IMG/VR virus record: IMGVR_UViG_3300033144_003384 | Location: 1-64,000 of that record | Reading direction: 5' to 3' (one strand) | DNA from: a virus | Length of the DNA stretch: 64,000 nt | Shown: one piece after another, positions 1 to 9,916 of the stretch | Layout: every line of letters starts with the position of its first letter | How positions within the stretch are numbered: the first letter of the stretch is position 1 | The notes under the pieces: model-generated | Told to the model about the DNA's origin: nothing | The model's input: only the letters and a program-made list of their open reading frames with translations | Databases searched by the model: none | Made by a program: the position numbers and the translations under genes

Positions 1-1
1 C

Positions 2-571
2 CACGGACAGACGTTGAATGACGGTTGGATTAATGAGAACGATTGCAACTTCTACCAGTTCGACAAGGTTGACGGCTTCCATTGCCACGACCTGAAGGGC
101 CGTTACGGCAACACCGAGGATGTGTTCAGCCATTACATGTCTAAGAATGGTGTCGTGGAGCGCCTGCATTTTGAGGGCGCAGTCTCTACTAGTCAGCCTA
201 CGACTGATGGCCGTCCGTCTACACCGTGGACATCGAATTCCGGTACTGGTATCATTTTGGGTGATGAGGGTGGAGAGAATGTGCGGGTGTCTGATTGTAC
301 GATGGTGAATGCCGGGCAGGTTCTGTTTCAGGGCATGGGCCGGGATCAGGGTTTCGATTCGTGTATCGGGTATGGTGAGGGTGGCACTAGTCAGCCGTGG
401 AACGTCGGTACTTCTACGTGGGGTAGTAATTGTGGCGGCTTGTATGTGACGAACACTCGCATCTGGTATGTGAACAATCATGCCTGGTGGGGTTGTATGG
501 TGCCGGATACTGCTGGCTCTGTGTTTGGTGATTCGTCGCTCGACATTGAGGACTTGAGGGTTGCTTTGTGA
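2..571 (+). CDS. Right-handed beta-helix (pectin lyase-like) protein, 5' end outside window
   Basis: Frame open from window start; G/N/S/T-rich beta-strand repeats (GTGIILGDEGGENVRVSDCTMVNAG). Confidence 0.5.
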   Translation, partial: HGQTLNDGWINENDCNFYQFDKVDGFHCHDLKGRYGNTEDVFSHYMSKNGVVERLHFEGAVSTSQPTTDGRPSTPWTSNSGTGIILGDEGGENVRVSDCTMVNAGQVLFQGMGRDQGFDSCIGYGEGGTSQPWNVGTSTWGSNCGGLYVTNTRIWYVNNHAWWGCMVPDTAGSVFGDSSLDIEDLRVAL

Positions 572-948
572 CGGAGTATGATTATGACCAGATTGCGTGG
601 GGTGCCGGAATCATTATCGCTACTTCACAAGACACAGAGGTTTACGGGAACCTCGTCGAAGACAACTACAACGGTATCACCGTTACGCAACAGGATCGCT
701 ATGAGCCTCCTGGCGGAACATACTTCATGCGGTACGGAGAGTGGCGCGCCTATAACAACGTGATCCACAACAACACGATTATCAACAGTGGCTCTAATGG
801 TGCTGTTGAAGACGATGGTGACGACACGCTTTTCGGCAACAACTCCTGGTATGGCAATACGTATGTTGGTCAAGGCGACTTTGCTTGGAACAACCAATGG
901 GGAGACCTTGCTTACTGGCAGGGATTCCACCCCCTAGATGGTGTATAG
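568..948 (+). CDS. Parallel beta-helix repeat protein (NosD/PbH1-like)
   Basis: GIIIATSQDTEVYGNLVEDNYNGI and NNVIHNNTI repeats; GTGA overlap with upstream stop. Confidence 0.55.
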   Translation: MTEYDYDQIAWGAGIIIATSQDTEVYGNLVEDNYNGITVTQQDRYEPPGGTYFMRYGEWRAYNNVIHNNTIINSGSNGAVEDDGDDTLFGNNSWYGNTYVGQGDFAWNNQWGDLAYWQGFHPLDGV

Positions 949-977
949 CGCTCGCCGAAATCGGTAAAAGTTGTATA

Positions 978-1466
978 TCAGGGCAGCTCCTGGGCCATCG
1001 TTTCGGTCAAAAACGGGTCAATCGTTGACATTTTGACGTCAGAAACGTCACTTACCTCTCTAATTGCCTCTAACTGATCTATTGCCAGAAGCAGCCGCCA
1101 AATATCGGGATGACCGAGCAAGTCCTCATACTCAACCCGATATTGGTTCCTCCGACCAACACGCGTACGCTGCACGATCCCGTGTCTGACGAGCGACGAA
1201 ACGGCACGCTGCACGTTCGACTCAACGGTGCCCAACCGAACGGCAATCTCCCGGATCGTGAGGTCCGGGTTCTCCACGATGACGACCAACGTTCGCCCAG
1301 CTACAGTTAGTAAGGGCAGTATGTCTTTACGCTGATAGGATATGAGCCTCACATCGGACAGAGCCAGCATGACATCGTTGGTTATAGACTCATCCTCTAT
1401 GCCGTGTTCCTTCAGTACGGCCGCAACTGCGTCCGCTACAATATGTGAGCGTTTTCCTTCAGTCAT
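978..1466 (-). CDS. Winged helix-turn-helix (MarR/ArsR-like) DNA-binding protein
   Basis: PDLTIREIAVRLGTVESNVQRAVSSLVRHGIVQRTRVGRRNQY. Confidence 0.8.
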   Translation of the reverse strand: MTEGKRSHIVADAVAAVLKEHGIEDESITNDVMLALSDVRLISYQRKDILPLLTVAGRTLVVIVENPDLTIREIAVRLGTVESNVQRAVSSLVRHGIVQRTRVGRRNQYRVEYEDLLGHPDIWRLLLAIDQLEAIREVSDVSDVKMSTIDPFLTETMAQELP

Positions 1467-1570
1467 GTTCGCGAAATCCTTGCTTAGTGGTTTGCATATG
1501 GTTAGCGTTCTGGTTAGCGTTCAGAGCCTACCGCAAATCGAAGCGGTATCCAAATGAGAGGTAGGGCTTC

Positions 1571-1837
1571 TTGAGTAACGAACTTCAACAGTTACGTGAT
1601 CGACTTGGCGTACTGTCTGGGAATAAAGAAGGTAGGTGTCCGATGGGCAGACTGCTCGACGAACTTGATGAAGAGACACGCGGATTGATACAAGCAGCTT
1701 TGGATAACCAGACAGTTGGCTACACACGCATACAGGCCGAACTTCGGGGTGCAGGAATCCCGATCAGCAAAGACAGCGTGAAGTGGCATCGCATGGGTGT
1801 CTGCTACTGCCCGAACCCTGTGGGGAACGATGCCTGA
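1571..1837 (+). CDS. Small phage protein with Cys/His motifs, coupled to the phosphoesterase
   Basis: RBS GAGAGG; C...HR.G.C.C pattern; overlaps next gene. Confidence 0.6.
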   Translation: MSNELQQLRDRLGVLSGNKEGRCPMGRLLDELDEETRGLIQAALDNQTVGYTRIQAELRGAGIPISKDSVKWHRMGVCYCPNPVGNDA

Positions 1838-3077
1838 TAAGAACGAAGAACTCAACTCACGCCTGAAGAGACTCAAAGAGGTAACGAGTTACCAGGAAAC
1901 GAAACCGCAAGCCTCTGTCCCTCAGGGGTGGTCACCTGGCGTTGAGTGGAAAGACGGCAAGGGCGTCATCACGTCCAGCACGTTGGACAAACTGCCAGAA
2001 AGCACCAGTGACTGGGAAGAGCTTTTCAAAGAACGCGGACTGAACCTAGACGTCTATGAGGTCGCTAGCGAAACCGTCAAATGGGCGTCCTACGATAGCT
2101 GGAAACGTGACGATCCCGACGAGCCCGCCTATTCAGCACTTGGCTTCACTATCAGGGCAGACATTCGGTTGAAACAACCCTTTGCCGAATCAGCCGACTA
2201 CACCGCCCTATACAAAGAGGCGAAGAAGGCTAAGCCACCGAAACCAGTAGAGGGCGACACCACATTCTTTGTCGGACTGTCAGACTGGCAGATTGGAAAC
2301 AGTGACGGCGGTGGAGTTGAAGCACAGGTGATAGCGCTCGCCAAACTCGCCCCACTACTGAAGCAACGACTTGCCGATTTACGCAAAACTGGTAGGGAAA
2401 TCGACACGATAGCTATTGCTGGTTTGGGTGACCTGTTCGAGAACTGTGAAGGCTTCTACGCCCACCAGCTATTCACTGTCGAGTTGAGCAAAAGAGAACA
2501 GGAAACGATTATCCGGCAAGCCCTGTTCGACCTCATCAAAGAACTCGCCCCACTGGCAGAGAAAGTCATCGTCATGGCTGTCGGAGGAAACCACGGAGAG
2601 AACCGCGGCTCCCGCAACCGATACGTCACCGATAAGGGCGACAATGCTGACGTAGCAGTGTTCGAGCAGGTACGCGACATCTGTGCAGCGAATCCGGAAG
2701 CGTTCGGGCACATCGACTGGCGACTCCCCAAGCATGAGCTTGCCATTTCAGCAGAGCTATCAGGTCAGTACGTTGCGATCACACATGGACACATTGCCAA
2801 CTTCCGCACCACTGCACTAAACACACTGTGGACCTGGTGGGAGAAACAGGCCATGGGTCGCTTTTACCCTGGTGTGGCAGAGTCAGATATTCTCATCGCC
2901 GGACATTTCCATCACTACAACGTGAAGGAGCAGTTGGGAAGGACCGTGTTTATAGCACCGTCACTGACCGATGTGTCCGACTACTTCGGAGATAAGAACG
3001 GCGTCATGACGTCACCGGGAACGTTGACTTTGACGATAGCGAATTCGGGATGGGCTGACGTCCAGATTGTGAGATGA
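1830..3077 (+). CDS. Calcineurin-like metallophosphoesterase (Mre11-like phage nuclease family)
   Basis: Motifs SDWQIG, GLGDLFE, GGNHGE, THGH, GHFHH. Confidence 0.85.
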   Translation: MPDKNEELNSRLKRLKEVTSYQETKPQASVPQGWSPGVEWKDGKGVITSSTLDKLPESTSDWEELFKERGLNLDVYEVASETVKWASYDSWKRDDPDEPAYSALGFTIRADIRLKQPFAESADYTALYKEAKKAKPPKPVEGDTTFFVGLSDWQIGNSDGGGVEAQVIALAKLAPLLKQRLADLRKTGREIDTIAIAGLGDLFENCEGFYAHQLFTVELSKREQETIIRQALFDLIKELAPLAEKVIVMAVGGNHGENRGSRNRYVTDKGDNADVAVFEQVRDICAANPEAFGHIDWRLPKHELAISAELSGQYVAITHGHIANFRTTALNTLWTWWEKQAMGRFYPGVAESDILIAGHFHHYNVKEQLGRTVFIAPSLTDVSDYFGDKNGVMTSPGTLTLTIANSGWADVQIVR

Positions 3078-3083
3078 TAACTA

Positions 3084-3548
3084 TTGGCTAAGGGAGTTTC
3101 ACCCAATCCCAACCCCCTAGCCACTATAGTTCAGAATACCAAACAAAAGCAACGCAACAGAACGAACAAACCCGAGCTACATGAATCAAGTCTTCCAAAT
3201 CCGTTACTTCAAACAAACGACTGGCAGGAGTTTGCTAACTGTCGTGGATCGGGCCACCACATGTTCCCGAGAGGGCACAAAGACATCAGCTACATCACGA
3301 AAGCCAGACAGATTTGCAGGGAGTGCGAGGTGCGGGAACCATGTCTCATTGATGCCCTCCAGTGGCCTGCAACAGACATGAACGGCGTATGGGCCGGGTT
3401 CACCCCAAGACAGTTAGCTCAGAAGCAGAAAGAGTTGGGCATCGTCCCGACGCGACCAACGATTGCGCAGATATGGAACGACCTGACAAAGAACAGACCG
3501 GAAGATCAGGGGTCCATTCCGATGCCGCCCCTCGAACCGCTCATTTAG
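3084..3548 (+). CDS. whiB: WhiB-family Fe-S transcription factor
   Basis: WQEFANCRG...MFP...ARQICRECEVREPCL...GVWAG: four Cys plus G(V)W(A)G turn. Confidence 0.9.
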   Translation: MAKGVSPNPNPLATIVQNTKQKQRNRTNKPELHESSLPNPLLQTNDWQEFANCRGSGHHMFPRGHKDISYITKARQICRECEVREPCLIDALQWPATDMNGVWAGFTPRQLAQKQKELGIVPTRPTIAQIWNDLTKNRPEDQGSIPMPPLEPLI

Positions 3549-3753
3549 GCGAGAGCGTGTGGGTCATCGGATATCACAACACCATCATCGAGCACGGCTA
3601 CGAAATAGCGGGCATCTTTTCGAATAGATCAATTGCGAAAGTGGCTGGCGATATGGTAAAGGAACACTTCGCAGGTGTTTTCGTTGCTCCCGCCGAGCTG
3701 GACACCTTCATCCCGGCAATAGCCGACGAGTATTGGGGCGGCCTCGAATGGTT

Positions 3754-4212
3754 ATGACCTACTACGAGTACCGTGCCAAGAAGCTTGAAGACCCCGAGTT
3801 CGCAAAGGAGTATTGGGCCAACGTCAAACAGTGGGAATACTGCGAAGAGCGGTACAAAACCGACGAGTGTCACCATGCGTATGGGAATCCATCCAAGCCG
3901 TGCAACAGCGAAGCGCATTCCTGGTGCAAACCCGACCATCCTCTCGATTCGTACTGCGCCTACGAAAGATTCCACGGACCATGTTTCTGCGGGTCGTGCT
4001 ACTGGTCTTGTGATCGTTGCGGCGGCACGTTCTACACTGACGGTGGGCTCCGATGGTTCAATGCAGACCAGTTCGTACCGCCGATCATCCCTGCCGAATG
4101 GGACTCTCACTATGTTGGGGACTCCAACGAAATCGGTCCCGATGGTATTTCTCTCTGCCATTGCTGCACCATCACCGCCAAAAAAGAGGAATTGATCAAA
4201 TATGGCCCCTAA
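3754..4212 (+). CDS. Cys/His-rich hypothetical protein
   Basis: Multiple CxxC motifs; ATGA overlap with upstream ORF. Confidence 0.55.
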   Translation: MTYYEYRAKKLEDPEFAKEYWANVKQWEYCEERYKTDECHHAYGNPSKPCNSEAHSWCKPDHPLDSYCAYERFHGPCFCGSCYWSCDRCGGTFYTDGGLRWFNADQFVPPIIPAEWDSHYVGDSNEIGPDGISLCHCCTITAKKEELIKYGP

Positions 4213-4903
4213 CAGCCTCTCCCGCGAATTCCTGCACGAGCGAGACACCCGCATCTACCAACTGCGCTCCACGGGAATGACACCCGAACAGATAGCCAAA
4301 CAGTTCGACATCACCCCCAGGACAGTGCACAGCGCCATCCGGCGACGCATCTCCGAAATAGGGAAGTCACAGCTCTCCACATACCCCGAGATTATCCTTA
4401 TGGAACTAGAGCGCTACGACAAACTCCAAGCAGCGATATGGCCATACACCCAGCCGCGACGAGTGACCCTGGATGACGACACGCAGATCACCGTAGACCC
4501 CGATCCCAAGTTCGTGCAACAAGTACTCGTCATCATGAAAGACCGCCAGAAGCTACTCGGATTAGATATTCAGCGTATGGACATCCAGTCGTCCCCAGAC
4601 CCCGCCGATGTGCGGCACGGGCTCCACGGCGACGAGGAAGCATTCACCACGAACTACGAAGACGAATCGAAGCAGATGATTGCCCTAGCAGCGAAAGCAG
4701 GAATCATAGACTCCGATACAGCGAACGCCCTACTCGGCAATCAGGTTACAATTGATGCAGACGTTGTGGAAGCAGAGGTAATTGATGAACCCACACGAAT
4801 ACAAGAAACAGAAGCCAGTGAAGAAGAGGGGCCTGTACAGAAAAGCCCGAAACGACACGGCCTATCCGCAGACATCGAAGATCAAGGGAAAGACGCCTCG
4901 TGA
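4202..4903 (+). CDS. HTH DNA-binding protein, possible terminase small subunit
   Basis: N-terminal HTH (LRSTGMTPEQIAKQFDITPRTVH), ELERYDKLQ and R.KLLGLD motifs typical of actinophage terS-like proteins. Confidence 0.55.
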   Translation: MAPNSLSREFLHERDTRIYQLRSTGMTPEQIAKQFDITPRTVHSAIRRRISEIGKSQLSTYPEIILMELERYDKLQAAIWPYTQPRRVTLDDDTQITVDPDPKFVQQVLVIMKDRQKLLGLDIQRMDIQSSPDPADVRHGLHGDEEAFTTNYEDESKQMIALAAKAGIIDSDTANALLGNQVTIDADVVEAEVIDEPTRIQETEASEEEGPVQKSPKRHGLSADIEDQGKDAS

Positions 4904-5878
4904 CATCGAAACCAAATAGCTTCTCCAACGACCGTCTCGACGACCACGAAGACCAGTTGAACGAACTAAGGGAACGGGTGGAAGGGCTCAACCAGATCGT
5001 TGCGGAGCTACATGACACAATGCAGACGGTACGTCATAGGTTGGGACTCATTCGAGAGGAATCCGAACCAGCGACTTGGGGCGGCAACAAGCAGTCAATC
5101 GGATACAACAACAGGATCGGACAATAACTATGGAAGAATTCAGCATCGCATTAGTGGTGGCTTGCACCGTGTGGGTCGCCACCATCTGGGTAGGGGCCAT
5201 GATCTTCTCAGACCGGGAACTATCCCGATGGGACTACAAGTGAAACCAGTCAACCAACTTAAAGTCGCGTTACTTGTCTACGCCGCTGCCGGTGCGACAC
5301 TCATCGTCATCATGACACTATGGAGTGTGTAGTGCCGCCGTTAGCACGGCGACAATCAACAAACCAATGATTCCAAGTCCCACGATCCCCCCTACAGACA
5401 GAACCATGAAACCGAACGCCTCAGACCCACAATTCATACCAAACCGACGAGCAGGCAAACCAGACCCCAACTGGCGCATAGGCGGATACTGCCCCAGGGA
5501 AGAATTCGACCCCCTACCACCAGACGACGCCTACAAAGACTGGGACTACATCGGCACCACCAACTACAAAGATCAACTAATTCGCTGGTATGCTAGACCC
5601 AGAACAGAAGAGGAGCAATAGATGCCTTACGGAGACTTCCCCCACCCATCTAACCCCCACTTCGTCTGCAACTGTAAAAGCTGCCAATGGAAAAAAACCA
5701 CAGTTGACCAAATCATTAAACACGCAGCCAAAGCCAAAGCAGCCGACATACACAAAGACCGCAAACAACCACCCCGCCCCAACCCACCCATCCACCCAGG
5801 CCCCCCAACAAACCCAACCCACACAACATGAACCCATTCACCCAACCAGCAAACCCACTGATAGCAAAAGGCAAAAAC

Positions 5879-6289
5879 ATGACCAAAAAAGGAAAGACCA
5901 CCGAAACACCCGCCGGAGCGCCCGCCAGCAACTCCGCCGAATTGAATGACAAATCGTCACCGTCTGACGAAGGGCTTGTTGACAAGTCTGTTGGGGGCGG
6001 TTCTGAGCTTGATCCTTCGGTGGTTGAGCGTGCGTCTGTGCAGGTGTTGGTGAGGGTGTCTGAGGGGGTTCGTTCTGAGTGGCAGAGGGTTGCTGCGTCT
6101 GTGGGTGAGTCGATGTCTGAGTTTGTTCGTGTGGCTGTTGGTGATCGGGTGCGGGTGTTGACTGAGTGTGAGCATCGTCGGGAGTGGTTGCAGGTGTATC
6201 GTTGGCAGACGACTTGTTTGAGGTGTGGGGTTCGTATTGTGGAGGAGGGGGCTGCTCCGATGTCTTCGACTGGGGATGTGGCCAGGTAG
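5879..6289 (+). CDS. Ribbon-helix-helix protein with C-terminal Zn motif
   Basis: VQVLVRVSEGVRSEWQRVAASVGESMSEFVR; CEH...CLRCG. Confidence 0.65.
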   Translation: MTKKGKTTETPAGAPASNSAELNDKSSPSDEGLVDKSVGGGSELDPSVVERASVQVLVRVSEGVRSEWQRVAASVGESMSEFVRVAVGDRVRVLTECEHRREWLQVYRWQTTCLRCGVRIVEEGAAPMSSTGDVAR

Positions 6290-6302
6290 CTTTATCGTTT
6301 GT

Positions 6303-6569
6303 TTATTCTGCCTGTGTGATGTTGTCTACCGTGGTGTGAATATTGTCGACCTGGTTTCCAATATCGTTGACCCTTACCCGTAGGGCTTTGACGTCTTCGG
6401 TCAGTTCGTGTCCGGCTTCGCCTAGCGCCGTCACGTTCGTTTTGGTGCTGTTGCGTATATCGTCGATAAGGCGGTTGGTTATGGAGAGGCCGTCTTCGAG
6501 GTTGCGGAGCCTTGCCAGGATATCGTCGATGGTGCCTTGTTTGATTGATCGGTGGATGTCTGTTGCCAT
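6303..6569 (-). CDS. Coiled-coil hypothetical protein
   Basis: RBS AAGGGAG; heptad pattern. Confidence 0.55.
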   Translation of the reverse strand: MATDIHRSIKQGTIDDILARLRNLEDGLSITNRLIDDIRNSTKTNVTALGEAGHELTEDVKALRVRVNDIGNQVDNIHTTVDNITQAE

Positions 6570-6982
6570 GTTGTCTCCCTTTATGCGTCTATGCGTATAT
6601 TTCGAAGTATGCGGCCACGATTGCTGCAACGGCTACCGTCAACATTATCGCTACGGTAACGCCTATCCAACTCCCACCGTAGGCGAATGCTGCCCAGGTC
6701 GCTGCGACCAATATCGTTATTGACGCTACGGCTGTCATCATGACGATAAAGATGGCTACGACAAGTTTGAAGAAGTTCATGCGGTCTTCCTGGTTGGTCA
6801 TCGTCGATTCCTTTCGCTAATATCGTTGTCGTAAGGTGTGGGCCCTGGCGGGGCTTCCCTGGTGGCACCGTTTAGTTTGGTGACACTGTTTCGTTTGGTG
6901 GCACTGATCCGCCAGGTGGCACCGTTGAAGGAGGCTCCTGGCAGCCGAGGAGGCCGTTCCCAAATATCGTTGATGATGTTCT

Positions 6983-7327
6983 TCAGTCCCATTTGATTCT
7001 TTCGTTCGTCACCGCTGTAATATCGCTGCGGTGTACTTCGATGGGGGGCCCGATGTACCGTCGGCTCCTGTTGTAGACAATCTGTTGCTGATGGTTTTGG
7101 GTCGATTTGCTGTATATCGGTTGCACGAGGGCCCGGTTGTGGTCGATCTTCTCGACGAAGACGACAGGTCGCCGCTTCTCACCGTGACCGTTCTCGTCGT
7201 CCCAGGCGACGTTGGCGAACAACACTTGGCCTTCTTCCATCCACTTCAGGGATGGGTTGTTGACGAATTTGCGTGTGACGACTTTGGCTTTGTTGTCGTG
7301 ATGTCGTGGTGCTTGCCGTTTCCCCAT
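6983..7327 (-). CDS. PemK/MazF-like fold protein
   Basis: GQVLFANVAW...KRRPVVFV...LVQPIYS matches the PemK G.V...K.RP.VV...V.P.TS pattern. Confidence 0.55.
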   Translation of the reverse strand: MGKRQAPRHHDNKAKVVTRKFVNNPSLKWMEEGQVLFANVAWDDENGHGEKRRPVVFVEKIDHNRALVQPIYSKSTQNHQQQIVYNRSRRYIGPPIEVHRSDITAVTNERIKWD

Positions 7328-7333
7328 ACGTTA

Positions 7334-7819
7334 CCTTCTCTTAAAATCGTTTGGACTTCTTGCAGTTGGTGCACACCTTGACACGCGGTCGGTCCTTCAC
7401 CTCATAGTGATCGTATAGCCATCCTTCACCGCACGCCGTCTCGTTGTCATATCGACGCACGTCTATGGGAGCCAATTTGTGACCGATTCCTGTCATCTTG
7501 TTGACCAGGTATTGCATTGTCACCTTTTCTTAAAATCGTTTCTTCGGGATGCGGAGGAACACGGTGTTGCCTTCTAACCGAACTTCGGCACCGCACGCTA
7601 TCCCCACTTTCCGATATATGCGTCCGTATACGTTGGGACTGGAGCTGGAGTTGTCGGTTTCGATCGACGCCCATTCGCCTCGGTTTTCGATCGCTGCGTC
7701 GACGAGGATATCGTCCTCTACGACCTTGGCTCTATTTCCTTGCTTGGCTAGGGGTCCGGTTCCGATTGTTGCTGTTTTCTTCGTCATGATAGCTCCTTTG
7801 CCTTTTCTTAAAATCGTTT
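7334..7819 (-). repeat. Three copies of 19-bp gene-junction repeat AAACGATTTTAAGA(A/G)AAGG
   Basis: Plus-strand ccttYtcttaaaatcgttt at 7334-7352, 7523-7541 and 7801-7819. Confidence 0.9.
7530..7787 (-). CDS. Hypothetical protein ending KRF* inside the junction repeat
   Basis: RBS AAAGGAG; stop lies in repeat copy 2. Confidence 0.6.
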   Translation of the reverse strand: MTKKTATIGTGPLAKQGNRAKVVEDDILVDAAIENRGEWASIETDNSSSSPNVYGRIYRKVGIACGAEVRLEGNTVFLRIPKKRF

Positions 7820-8102
7820 AGGGGACAGGTAGCCCCGTTGGCTCCTCGTCTCCTTGAAGGATCGACGCCTTCAGGAGGTTCCCGATGGGGTAGATGTCTG
7901 CCAGGTATCTTTGAGGCTGTGATCTGCTGACGAGGACGTATCCCGCCGTCAACCATTCCGCCCATTGATCTTGGACATAATCCTTTACCCTACCGTCGGA
8001 TATCCATACACCCTCTCCGAGGGGGATACTGAACTCGATGGTCGCAGTAGAAGATGGGCCCCTTGTGATGGAGCCCTCTAGAAAGTACTTGTGCTTTGGC
8101 AT
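7818..8102 (-). CDS. Hypothetical protein, probably leaderless
   Basis: TTGACT-17-TATACT promoter 8 nt before ATG. Confidence 0.6.
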   Translation of the reverse strand: MPKHKYFLEGSITRGPSSTATIEFSIPLGEGVWISDGRVKDYVQDQWAEWLTAGYVLVSRSQPQRYLADIYPIGNLLKASILQGDEEPTGLPVP

Positions 8103-8151
8103 GTCGTATTAGTATACTGGAGGACGTCCTCAAAGTCAAGGGATTTGTTCC

Positions 8152-8328
8152 ATGGACATGAAACCAAAAGTTGGTCGCCCTCCGAAACGTGCAATCGGAC
8201 CCGACTATACGACATTAACTATTCGCATACCTCCGGAGATCAAAAACCTGATGATTGATCAGGCAGACGCATACGACATGACGATCACGGAGTACCTGAT
8301 CGCTTTGGTAACCAGGGATGCCTCGTAA
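8152..8328 (+). CDS. Small ribbon-helix-helix protein with GRP (AT-hook-like) motif; below ORF-track cutoff
   Basis: Hand translation MDMKPKVGRPPKRAIGPDYTTLTIRIPPEIKNLMIDQADAYDMTITEYLIALVTRDAS. Confidence 0.75.
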   Translation: MDMKPKVGRPPKRAIGPDYTTLTIRIPPEIKNLMIDQADAYDMTITEYLIALVTRDAS

Positions 8329-8668
8329 GCCCCGACGCTATCCGGATGAGCAGGTGACGCATCTTCAGATTCGGATGCCCGGCTGGCTACACAACCAGAT
8401 AGCTGATGAGGCGTCCAGGCGGGGCTTGTCGATGAACAAGTACACAGCTCACGTATTGTTCGCAGCTCTCCTTGAGAAGAAATATCCGGACGCTCCTCCA
8501 GCTGCGGGCCCGAAACCAACTTCAGAAGATGTGGTGAGAGACTACATCATTGGGACTGAAACCCTTGAGCCTTGTGGTCGGGTGGCTCCTTGTGAGAGGG
8601 CAGAAAGCGGGACTTCCCTGGTTGATGGCGGCGAGTGGTGCAACTTTTGTGGGATTCGGGTCGAGTAG
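8318..8668 (+). CDS. Arc/HicB-like ribbon-helix-helix protein with C-terminal Zn ribbon
   Basis: LQIRMPGWLHNQIADEASRRGLSMNKY; PCG..C, WCNFCG. Confidence 0.75.
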   Translation: MPRKPRRYPDEQVTHLQIRMPGWLHNQIADEASRRGLSMNKYTAHVLFAALLEKKYPDAPPAAGPKPTSEDVVRDYIIGTETLEPCGRVAPCERAESGTSLVDGGEWCNFCGIRVE

Positions 8669-9457
8669 CCCCGTTTGGGTCGTTTTTTGGCGGGGCTCCC
8701 CCAGGGAACGTGCAAGTTGATCGTGGTGTGGAGGGACTCTGACAAGAGTGTGATCTGAAGTAGTTTAAAGATTAGGAAAGAGTTGGTTCAGAACCAAGAA
8801 CTCTAGTTGATTCTGAATTCACTTTGAGCCTTTGGACTTACTCTATAGAGAATGAGTAGTGGACTCTACAGGGCGTAAAGCCCCACAGCTCCGTCGGGTA
8901 TAGCAATGCTTGCCCTTGATGGGGTTGTGAGGCTTGGAAGATGCGCACTTCGTTTGTCCGTTTCGGACTGTAGTACGTGGGTGTTGCTAATGCAAGCAGG
9001 TCGACATCATTTGACGTCTGGGTTGCCCATTGCTTGGTTCATCATGGTGTCGAGCCTTTTGAGGAATGCCCGTTCTTCGTCAGTTTTGGATGCGAGCCAT
9101 TCTTCCTTTGTCGGCTCGACTACGATGCGTGTCAGTTTGGTGGTGCCGTCGTCGTATTCGATTTCGATGTAGCGAATCTTGCTCATGTCGTGATCCTGAC
9201 TTCGCCTTCGTGGCTTTGCGAGATGTAGTTGCAATTCAGGCTTGCGTCGGAGATGAACCGGAGCCCGCAACTGGAGTCCCAGCATTCCTTCAGTTCGTTG
9301 ATGGGGAAGAAGTCGTACCCGTAGCCTTCTAATTGGTCGCGGGATTCTTGGTCGGTCACGATGTAGAGCTTGTGGCACCCGTCCCAGGCGAACTCGTCTG
9401 CCCAAATCCTGGTGTCGTTTATCTCTACCGTCTGTCGCTTTTGGTGTTCCCTTACTT

Positions 9458-9916
9458 TCATATTTGTCCTTCCAGTTCTTTGAGTAGGCGTTCTTGCGCC
9501 CAGGCGTATTGCATGATGGCGTCCACGGAGAAACTCTCCAGGAATGCCTGCTCGTATTCTTCCTCGGTGATGGGGAGAAGAACGGAGATGTGGTTGTCGC
9601 CCAGTTCGCCCTCGGTGACCCACGCTGAGTACCAGTTTGCGAATCGGTAGCCTCGGTCGTAGGACGACTGGTAATGGTTGCGAACATCTTCGAGGTTTAC
9701 GTAGGGGTCGTTGAATTTGGCTTCTGCTGCGACGATCTCGTCGACCGTCATGACTTTGCCGAAAACGAGTAGTCCGCTTGCGGTGTCGAACGACATTGCG
9801 TAGGAGCCGCCGACAACTTTCTTGTTCTCGTCGGTTGCGCGACCGTTTGCAGCTGCTTCTGCTTCACGTAGGTGTGCGTGCATTTCTTCCATTGTGTTGA
9901 ATGCTTGAAATGTCAT
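9458..9916 (-). CDS. Hypothetical phage protein
   Basis: RBS GGAGGA; ATGA overlaps with neighbours. Confidence 0.6.
   Translation of the reverse strand: MTFQAFNTMEEMHAHLREAEAAANGRATDENKKVVGGSYAMSFDTASGLLVFGKVMTVDEIVAAEAKFNDPYVNLEDVRNHYQSSYDRGYRFANWYSAWVTEGELGDNHISVLLPITEEEYEQAFLESFSVDAIMQYAWAQERLLKELEGQI

Noticed and set aside
7334-7819. 19-bp repeats as a CRISPR array
   Set aside because: Only three copies, spacers of 170 and 259 bp that are whole genes, and no cas operon.
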